Source: Azolla caroliniana | Taxonomy: Eukaryota > Plantae > Polypodiophyta | DNA length: 20,992 nt | Direction: 5' to 3' | Assembly: GCA_043228905.1 (NCBI GenBank) | Contig: JBHGNT010000549.1 | Span: 1 to 20,992 of the forward strand | Shown: positions 11,516-20,454 of the stretch, in pieces | How the letters are laid out: each line of letters starts with the position of its first letter | How positions within the stretch are numbered: position 1 is the stretch's first letter | The notes under the pieces: model-generated | What the model saw: only the letters and a program-made list of their open reading frames with translations | Told to the model about the DNA's origin: nothing | Databases searched by the model: none | Program-made: the position numbers and the translations under genes

Positions 11516-12514
11516 GATCCCTAACATTAGAAGCTTTATTTACTCTACCACAACATGACATGCAAGAAAGATTGAAGAAATATCAACACGTGCTACATAA
11601 CTCAACATTGACCTTTGAAATATCAAGTCAAAACAAAACTTAAACATCAACTGGTCAAGCACATCCTAGTGCAATAACATCCATGGCTAATGCTTAGCCC
11701 TAGATGCTATATTTGCCATGCCATATCCAAGAAGTCATGTTGACGGTCACGGTAGACATCGATGCATCATCAACTAATCTTGTTCGATACCTAGGAAGCC
11801 CTTGGATTCCCCAACCTGGATGAGTGCAATGACCAATTCACGGGATTCGACGGGTTCTTGGGAACCTTCACATGCATTATCAAATCGACATCGGGACTAA
11901 TTTCAATCACCGCTCATGTCTGACCACTAACAATCCTACACACAACTTGCTTGTTGAGACAAGATTAGTGTCACACCAGCCAATGTATGATTGCACCTAG
12001 AAAAAGTGCAATCTACTTCCCAAGTAAAACCATAGAAGCCTCATGCATTTCCCCTAGAACAATCCTAGGCGTCCTTGTAGCAACCCCAAGACATGGTGCA
12101 TGTTAATACTTCACTTGAACAAACACATGTGACCAAGTAAGAAAGTGACATGATGGTGGGTACCTAAGGGGAAAACAAAGGTTATATCGTCCCCACCAAT
12201 GATACATCCACAAATCTTGGTGTGGATCAATATCTACGAGATATATGTTGACGGGACAAACAAAGATCAAGCAACCTTGTTGCACATCTATAAAATGCTA
12301 ATGAAAGCACAATGTTGGCACAAAGGAGTCATGCAATTTTGGTTGCCCACACGGAATCGAGTGTGAAATCTGACTCAATGACCACATCCCTTGTCGGAAC
12401 ACCAATCAACCAAATGACAAAGCCAATATCTTAGTATGTTTACGTGGGGTGGCCTAAATGATAGATAGATAAAAGAAAATATAGATTTCAAATATGTGGG
12501 TAGAGCTTCGGAGG

Positions 12515-12945
12515 TGTTGAGGGACAAGCTCAACATCAGCTGGATCGGTTGGGACCAATCGGTTAGGCCGGACCGGTGCGTAAAACGGATGTGTAAACTG
12601 GTACGCAAACCGGTGCGTAACGAGAGGTCGTATCGGTGCGTAAACCGAAAGGTCGTTAGAGAGAGATTCCTTGTAAAGGAATAATTTTGGGAGTGAGTGT
12701 CGAGGCTCATTTATGAGCAGTCAAGTATTGTCAGTACTTGTGTCAGCCCGATTGTCAGGGCTTGTATAAAAGGTGCTCACTGAGCACGATGTATGTACAG
12801 ATTGAGTATTATTTTTTGAATATACTTCTGGTTTTTACTCTCTCTCTCTCTCTCCCGTGCGTACTATGCAAACTTAAGCTTTCCATTAAACCTGTGTTTT
12901 CTGTTGTTCGGTTTCCTATATTGCTTCCGCATGCCATTCTTTTCA
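12515..12945 (+). repeat. Copia 5' LTR (431 bp)
   Basis: TGTTGAG...TTTCA; aligns to 17530-17985 with 29 substitutions and one 25-bp gap (manual count); TATAAAA at 12765-12771. Confidence 0.96.
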
Positions 12946-12956
12946 TGGTATCAGAG
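12946..12956 (+). promoter_or_regulatory. Primer-binding site complementary to initiator tRNA-Met
   Basis: TGGTATCAGAG directly after the 5' LTR; standard plant Met-i PBS. Confidence 0.95.
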
Positions 12957-13027
12957 TGCGAGGGTTGAGAACCTCTGCAACCGACTTTGCTTGAAGGAAA
13001 AACCAACTAAGAAGAACAAGAAAACCG

Positions 13028-16000
13028 ATGGACAGAGGAATGGCTAGCTCGTTTCCGACGGAGAAGCTCGACAGAACCAACTACGCATCTTGGTCCTACA
13101 AGATGCACCAGTACCTGCTTGGACACGGTTACTAGAGCTATGTCGATGGTGCAAATGACACAACACCCGATTCGACACACAAAGACTTCCTGGCGTGGGA
13201 ACAATCGACGAGCACAGTGTTGTACTGTTTCGCGTCTTGTGTGGGCGAACAACTATTAAGCTACGATCGGGATACAAAAACGCCGAAGGGTGTGTGGGAA
13301 CATCTGAAGAAGATTTTTGCCGCGAGCACCACAGCTAGGCAACTTCAGCTCCGACAGGAGTTGAGCAACCTACGACAACGCGATTTGTCGGTGGCTGACT
13401 ATACCTCGAAGATCAAGGACATATGTGACTCCGTAGCCTCCATCGATGTGAACATTGAGGAAACCGAGATGGTCCAGGTCTGTCTCGGGGGTTTGGCGCC
13501 AAAGTTCGGAGTGTTCCGAACTGTTGTGTGTACACGATAGAATACGCCATCGTTTTTCGACTTACAGTCGATGCTCCTTATAGAGGAGAACCACGTGGGT
13601 GCGTCGACAAGCACGCATGCCGACAACAAGATGTTGTACACGGAGGGAGATAGGCCCCGTGGTCGTGGCGGACGAGGCGAGTCGGTACGCAATGGAGGCA
13701 ACCGACGGGATCAAGGAAGAAGGCACTAATGTGATGCCGACAGCAATTTCGGACCCTCCGGAAATAGGGGGAGTCGAGGCGATGAGAACCGGCAAGGGAA
13801 ATCCGCCGCGGAATGCTAGTATTGTGGCAAGAAAGTCCACAGGGAGAGCAAGTGCTGGAAAAACCGCGCCGATTCGGAGAGAATTGGGTCTGGAACAAGT
13901 TCCAAACAAACCGACAAAGGAAATCGGCAACGATCGCACTATGCCGAAGGATCCGGAGAAGCCGAAAAAGGGTCAATCTTCGTGATGAGACACGAAGCAA
14001 ACTCAATGAAGTAGTCTGCCCCGAAATCGGACAAGGTGTGGTACGTCGACTCCGGCGCGTCAAACCACATGACATGCCACAAGGAGTGGTTTTCATACCA
14101 ACGCAACCAGGAGTAGTCGCAACCGGAGACGACACTCCGCATCCGATCGCGAATGTCGGTGAAGTTCCCTTGAGCCATGTCAGGCAGAAAGGGAAACTTA
14201 TGAATGTGTTACACGTTCCGACAATCACGAAGAACTTGGTGTTAGTCGGACAGATCGTCGACCAAGGGATGGAGGTCTAGTCTACACACCTCGGGTGCTT
14301 CATTGAGGAAGAAGGCCGTGTTATTGCGCAAGGGCGCAGAGATGGGAGGATGTTCATCCTCGACTCTACTGACGGTGGCACCGCAATGTTCACGAAGGGA
14401 CAAAAAGTCGAGTCGGGCATCGACTTATGGCACAAGCGGATAGGCAACATCAACTACGAGCAGCTTAGGACCTGCAATCGAAACAGGTGGTGTTTGGATT
14501 GCCCAAATTTAGTGGCCGGAAGGCACAAATTCGTGAAGCCTGCCAGCTTGGGAAGTAACACCGACTTCCCTTCCCCAACAACCGTAACCGGAGCCGGAAT
14601 AACCTCGACTTGATACACTCCGATGTGCGGGGGCCGGCACAAAACGTTAGTCTTGGCGGGAGGCGATATTTTGTCTCCTTCATCGACGACTACACGCGGC
14701 ACACGTGGATCTACCTCATTGAGAGGAAGTGCGAAGTCTTCGACTGTTTTCGAGACCTCAAAGGGTTCGTGGAAGCGGAAACAGGAAGGAAGATCAAGTG
14801 CCTGCGGTCGGATGGCGGAAAAGAATACTTTTCCGGTCAATTCAACGGTTATCTACAACAGATGGGAATTCGGCGCGAATTCAGTTGTAGATACACGCCA
14901 GAGCAAAACGGCGTGGCCGAGAGGAAAAATCGGTCGGTTGTGGAAGCAGCACGGGCAATGTTGGAAGAAAAGAGCTTGCCCAAGTTCTATTGGGCCGAGG
15001 CGGTATGAACCGCGGTATACATCCAGAACCGGATCGGAGACAAAGTGTCGGCGCATGAGCTATATTTCGGAACGAAGCCGAACTTGCGACACTTACGAGT
15101 TTTTGGTAGCATTGCATATGTGCATGTGCCGAAGGAGAAACGGAGGAAGCTAGATGCAAAGGCCGAGAAAGGTATCTCGGTCGGTTTCTCGGACGAGCAG
15201 AAGGGTTATAAGTGTTATAACCCGCACACCAAACAAGCGCGTGTGAGCCGCAACATTGTGTTTGACGAGTCCGCGTCCTGGTACTTCACCTCCAATCCGA
15301 GTTCTGATGATGAGGTCAGCGAGGCCGAGATGCCTCCGGATGAGCCTGAAATCGGGACCCGTGAAGAGAGTCCGATTTCGTTTCGGTTAAGCGGACCGAA
15401 TGGACGACTGAGTCGGTTCAACCAGTCCGATGAAGAGCCGGCGAGTAGTGGAGACTCGACCATGCATTCCCCACGCAGGAAGCCGAGGAGACGGCTTACG
15501 CGCAAAGAGAAAGGGAAGAAGAAGGTGTCGGATTCCGGCACGGATAGGAACGAGTTAGACTGACGTGCATCCGACTCCGAGGGAAGCGGTGACGGGTCTT
15601 CAAGAGAGAAGTCCGCGTCGGCCGAAAAGACCTTGATATCGGCTAATGACCGATTACGCCGATCTACCCGCCAGAAAAACCCAGTTGTGCAGTTCGAATA
15701 CAACGAGTACATGGCGCACCATTATGCATACATGACCCGTGTAGCGGAAGTGCGTGAGCCGGAGAGCTACGCGGAAGCGGCTAAGTATGCGAATTGGCGC
15801 GCCGCAATGGAGGAAGAGATGCACGCACTAGTGGAAAACGAGACCTGGGACCTGGTTGACGCACCGAAGGGTGTGAAGCCGATCGGATGTAGGTGGGTGT
15901 ACAAGGTCAAGTACAACACTGATGGCTCGGTCAACCGATACAAGGTAGTGTGCCGATTGAAGAAGTCCCTCTACGGATGGGCTTTGCAACGTCAAAATCG

Positions 16001-17522
16001 GACTCTTCCCTGTTCATCCGGAAAGGTCGACTCAGTCTGTTCAGTATTCTACTATATGTTGATGACTTGGTCATCACTGGCGCCAACCTAGGTGAAGCTC
16101 TAGCTTGCTGCATCTTTCGACATGAAGGATCTGGGGGATCTTCATTACTTCCTCGAGATCGAAGTGATCCATACCCCCGAAGGCATATTGATCAGCCAAC
16201 GCCATTACGCGTTGAATATGTTCTTCAAATTCGGGATGGCAGACTGTAAGTCCGTCTCAACTCCTCTGGATAGAACCGTCAAGCTTCGCCCCGAGTCCGG
16301 AAAGGTATGCAACCCGACGAGGTTTTGACAGATAGTCGACAACCTTATATACTTGACCATCACTCGACCAGATCTCAGCTACCCGGTCGGGGTGATCAGT
16401 CAGTTCATGGCGCGGCCTACCGAGGAGCACCTTCAGTGTGCGCAACGCGTACTGCGGTACGTAAGCGGCACTAAGGACCGGGGACTGCTATATCGGACCG
16501 GTACAATCTCGCAGTTGGTCGGCTACACCGATGTTGATTGGGCTGGCAACGCCGCCGATCGTCGATCCACATCCGGATACGCGTTCTCTCTTGGGAGTGC
16601 CGCAATAATGTGGAGTAGTAAGAAGCAACCGACAGTTGCACTGTCGAGCACCGAAGTTGAGTATAGAGGAGCGGCTGTCGCGACATGCGAAGCCATATGG
16701 TTGAAGCGGCTACTTAAGGACTTGCAAGAGGAGGTGTCCGATTTGACGACGATCTACTGCGACAACCTCAGCAGCATCCAGCTTGCAAAGAACTCCATTT
16801 TCCATGCACGGACCAAGCACATTGAGGTGCACTACCATTTTGTCTGTGAGCGTGTCCTTTCTGGTGAAGTTGAACTTCAGTATGTTCCGACGGATCGGCA
16901 AACGACCGACATCTTCACCAAACCCCTTGGTCTGGACAAGTTGCGGCAATTCTCGGGTGCGCTTGGATTGCGTCACCTCGACGTGCCAAACTTGAGGGGG
17001 AGAGACGTCCCGAATGACCATGGAAGGAAGCAGGAAAGGAGCGGAGAAGACCGCGACAACGAGTCGGATGACGAATTCGACTTCAGATTGGCTGAAGAAG
17101 CCGAGGGCGGATCCGCGGAAGAGTCCCAAAGCGGCGGACATAAGGGGAGTAGCCGAAAGAAAGAGCCGAAGCCAACTAAGCATGGGGGAGATGACGCCGT
17201 CAAGGGCGAGAAGACCGAAGACGTGTTGGAGACAACCAACTCGGACGAGAGCGAAAACCGATCGGAGGTAGCCGAGTCGGTTCGGATGTTTGATTCGGAT
17301 ACACTGAATCAACCGAGGGCCAAGCAGAAAAGAAGGCAGTAGGAGAAGCACCAACACCGTGATAGCAAGGGAGCTGTGAAGGGCCGTGGGAGTAGACAAG
17401 CCGACCGGAAGGGTCGAAGCGCGCGGAATCGAACAGGCCGAGGAGCGCGAGCGAGGCGTGGAGCCAGGAGGAACCGGAGCGGTGATCCCAAAGATCCCGA
17501 AGAGCCTCAAGTTGAGCTTTGA
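13028..17522 (+). pseudogene. Disrupted Copia gag-pol polyprotein
   Basis: Gag MDRGMASSFPTEKLDRTNYASW...; zinc knuckle C*YCGKKVHRESKC (13814-13855); protease WYVDSGASNHMT (14039); integrase IHSDVRGP, FIDDYTR, LRSDGGKEY, TPEQNGVAERKNR; RT ENETWDLV, YVDD (16055-16066), MKDLG; RNase H GYTDVDWAG, CDN, RTKHIEVHYHF, DIFTKPL. In-frame stops include 13133, 13538, 13727, 13817, 14012, 15006, 15561, 16326 and 17340, plus frameshifts and RT deletions. Confidence 0.95.
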
Positions 17523-17529
17523 GGGGGAG
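17521..17529 (+). promoter_or_regulatory. Polypurine tract of the Copia element
   Basis: GAGGGGGAG directly before the TG of the 3' LTR. Confidence 0.93.
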
Positions 17530-17985
17530 TGTTGAGAGACAAGCTCAACATCGGCCGGATCGGCTGAGCAAGCCGAGGACCGGATTGGTTGGGACCGATC
17601 GGTTAGGCCAGATCGGTGCATAAAACAGATGCGTAAACCGGTACGCAAACCGGTGTGTAACGAGAGGCCGTATCAGTGTGTAAACCGAAAGGCTGTTAGA
17701 GAGAGATTCCTCGTAAAGGAATAATTTTGGGAGTGAGTGTCGAGGCTCATTTATGAGCAGTCAAGTACTGTCAGTACTTGTGTCAGCCCGATTGTCAAGG
17801 CTTGTATAAAAAGTGCTCACTGAGCACGATGTATGTACAGATCGAGTATTATTTTTTGAATATACTTTTGGTTTTTATTCTCTCTCTGTCTCTCCCATGT
17901 GTACTATGCAAACTTAAGCTTTCCATTAAACTTGCGTTTTCTGTTGTTCGGTTTCCTATATTGCTTCCGCACGCCATTCTTTTCA
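17530..17985 (+). repeat. Copia 3' LTR (456 bp)
   Basis: TGTTGAG...TTTCA followed by TSD GGAGG; has 25 extra bp (ctgagcaagccgaggaccggattgg) relative to the 5' LTR. Confidence 0.96.
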
Positions 17986-18151
17986 GGAGGGATATCCTCG
18001 AGTTTTCATTCCGAGGACCAACGAAACGGCTTCGCTAGCCAAGCTCATTCAAAATCCACCTTTAATCATTTATATATATTTAGTATAATTCGTTTCCTTA
18101 TGTGCGCTCCTCACATCATGACATTGATCATTGTTTTTAACTCCTAGTGAT

Positions 18152-18539
18152 AGGGGGAGGGCAGGATGGTGACGTGCATCTAGAGGCCAACGAGTTGGCA
18201 ACATGGTCAAGCCTTTATTGAGATTGAACGAGACGCCCTATGTTGGATGGTCGCAACGGTAGAGCTAGGGTGTGTCAAAAGGAGGTGCTTGAAGGAGGAT
18301 CCAAAGAAGCTGCAAAATGCGGATGACCGCTTGGATGTCAAGATCAAGGATATCAAGATATTTGTTGATGAAGGTTTTCATCACCAAGAGCATCCCTCCT
18401 TCTGAGGGTTTGTTGATTTCCCTAATAATCCAACACCATACATATATGTACAAGTCTTTTTTATTTGTTACTACATAAACCTTACTTGAAGCTCTAATGC
18501 CCATAAACCCTAAAACCTAATATTTCACACTATGCATCA
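18152..18539 (+). mobile_element. Putative PPT and 3' LTR remnant of the older Gypsy element
   Basis: AGGGGGAGGG at 18152-18161, then TGGTG at 18167 and CATCA at 18535-18539 (imperfect terminal inverted repeat), co-oriented with the decayed integrase. I found no matching 5' LTR or TSD, so boundaries are tentative. Confidence 0.4.
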
Positions 18540-19075
18540 TTGACAACACGACATTGGATTTCTCAAAATAGTACCTTTCATATTTTTTCAAACTCCCTTA
18601 CCAAAATATTATTCACTTTTTTTCTGAATACACACTCCATCTTTGTTTCAAAACTCCCAAAATTATCCTCTCCCTTCACAATTTATATATCCTTCATAGT
18701 ACATACCTCTCTAAAGATTCCCCCCCTTTTTTGCTTTGAAACAAAGCCCTCCACTTTGACCACATTCAAGTTTGCTTTCGATACATTATGAATCCAATTC
18801 AATCTATCCTACTCATAATTAGAATATAAAAGCACTCGCAAAGCTAATTGAGAGTCACAGTTAAATTCCGCCCTTACTACGTAAAAGACTGCAGTTTTGG
18901 TTCCTAGGTCATATTTGACCAAAAGAGGAGGATAATGAAATCTTGTCTCCACAAGGGTAAGAGGAGGGTATTTCGGGGAATTTAGAAAACCCAGAGAGGG
19001 TATTGTGATAATTAAATATGATTTTCATAGTGCAGAAGGAAACAGAAGACAGGGGAGAGGAGTGAGTATTGTGTA

Positions 19076-19183
19076 ATGGCGTTGTGGCTGGAGCAAGGTT
19101 CGTCTGATGAAATCACTGCAGAAGCTCAGGCGGATCTTGACGCTATCTCAGCAGTCAAGGAATCTGCTGCAATCGAGCTTAAG
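19076..19183 (+). CDS. TTC4: TTC4/Cns1-like TPR co-chaperone (Arabidopsis TPR2-like), exon 1
   Basis: MALWLEQGSSDEITAEAQADLDAISAVKESAAIELK matches the recalled plant TTC4-homologue N-terminus (MALW...ADLxAIxALKESAAIExK); phase-0 donor AAG|gttagt. Confidence 0.9.
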
Positions 19184-19517
19184 GTTAGTGAGTCAATCCA
19201 TCCTCTTTGTATATTCATCTATATAAGGATTACGGTTTAGGGTGTAGACTACCGGTTTAGGCCGTCGTGTTAGAATTCTCTTAACGTGCACTTAAACTAA
19301 AATAATCAGGTTGTGAAAATCTAGAATTCTTCAAATATTCCCCCGTCATTTGCACCCAAAGATGACAGAGATTGTTGATGATGATAGAATCGTATCAGAA
19401 CAGGTTGTTTAAATTTACCCAGAAATACCTAAATGATGTGCTGCAAAGATTAAGAATAGTCAGTATACACACAATTGTGCTCATCGAGAAAAGTGACAAC
19501 TTAATTTGTAAAGAACA

Positions 19518-19738
19518 AGTTGCAATGAATTCGAATTTATACTACTAAGTTTGATTGCATTTATTACTGTGTAAATGTTTCTAGCAAAACTCACAACCAT
19601 AGAAGCACGTATACATAGCTTAAATTCGAGTTGCAATGAATTCGAACATTCCCTACCATGGTTGATTGCATTTATTTCTGTGTAAATGTTTCTAGCAAAA
19701 ACTCACAACCATAGAAGCACACATAAATAGGTAAAATC
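19518..19738. repeat. ~111-bp tandem duplication in TPR gene intron 1
   Basis: agttgcaatgaattcgaa...ttgattgcatttatt.ctgtgtaaatgtttctagcaaaa(a)ctcacaaccatagaagcac at 19518 and 19629. Confidence 0.9.
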
Positions 19739-20242
19739 AACACAAAAGACCATAATGGTATGCCACAAAGATTAATAATAGTTATTATTAAGTAAATCCA
19801 TAGATATATTGAGCACTATGTGTGTGTATGTGAGTATAATATGTTTACATTTGTATGTCTTTTTTACCTTCATCAGTTAACGTCGTAAGCCGAGGAAACC
19901 TAGATTCAACATAAACTAGGGAGATTTTTACAAGCTTTGAGGATCATTTATTTATATCAATGTATTATGCTAGAAAAACCCTTAAAATCTTGATCAAAAC
20001 TGTGTGAACATCTGTAGAGGCTGAACTTTCAGCTGCACTAAAGAATTACAGTAATTTAAAATGGCAGATCTCATTGTAGATCTTGTAGACCTGATTGTTT
20101 CTTTAGCAGACAGCCAACCTTATTTCTTATTTATCACTAAAACCCATTATTGCACCGTTTCTTATTGACTACTATAGTCTCATAGCTAAAGGGTAACCAA
20201 TGGTAGGCTTGTATGATATTTCAGTAGTCTTATTTTTTGCAG

Positions 20243-20454
20243 GAGAAAGGTAATGAGTTCATGAAGATGGGGAAGAACCATTATAAAGATGCTATTGACT
20301 GCTACACTAGGGCAATTCAGCAAAAAGTATGGATACACTGAATACTGCAGTTTTGTATGCCAATAGATCTCAGGCTCATCTACTTATTGGCAATTATAGA
20401 AGATCTCTCACTGATGCGCAAGAGGCTCTAAAACTGAATAAATCATATGTTAAG
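20243..20454 (+). CDS. TTC4: TTC4/Cns1-like TPR protein, exon 2 (TPR1-2), with an apparent 1-nt deletion at 20322-20326; the gene continues past the window
   Basis: Acceptor ttttgcag|; EKGNEFMKMGKNHYKDAIDCYTRAIQQK, then after a frame change MDTLNTAVLYANRSQAHLLIGNYRRSLTDAQEALKLNKSYVK; donor AAG|gtactt at 20454/20455. Confidence 0.85.

Larger units (their letters stand above)
12515..17985 (+). mobile_element. Full-structure but inactivated Ty1/Copia LTR retrotransposon (5471 bp)
   Basis: Two TG...CA LTRs; 5-bp TSD GGAGG at 12510-12514 and 17986-17990; PBS and PPT; domain order gag-protease-integrase-RT-RNase H. Confidence 0.97.

Noticed and set aside
12738-12968. Near-identical 76/86-aa ORFs here and at 17778-18038
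   Set aside because: Duplicated only because they lie in the LTRs; TTG start, spans the TATA box and a CT repeat.
13007-15712. Many overlapping alternative-frame and antisense ORFs inside the Copia
   Set aside because: Shadow ORFs of GC-rich gag-pol; the true frame is identifiable by motifs and interrupted by stops.
16710-17648. 312-aa antisense ORF starting in the 3' LTR
   Set aside because: It starts at TTG, and its first ATG (17621-17619) exists only through a CG>CA change (the 5' LTR has ACG). It has no recognisable motif and is best explained as a shadow of GC-rich pol sequence.
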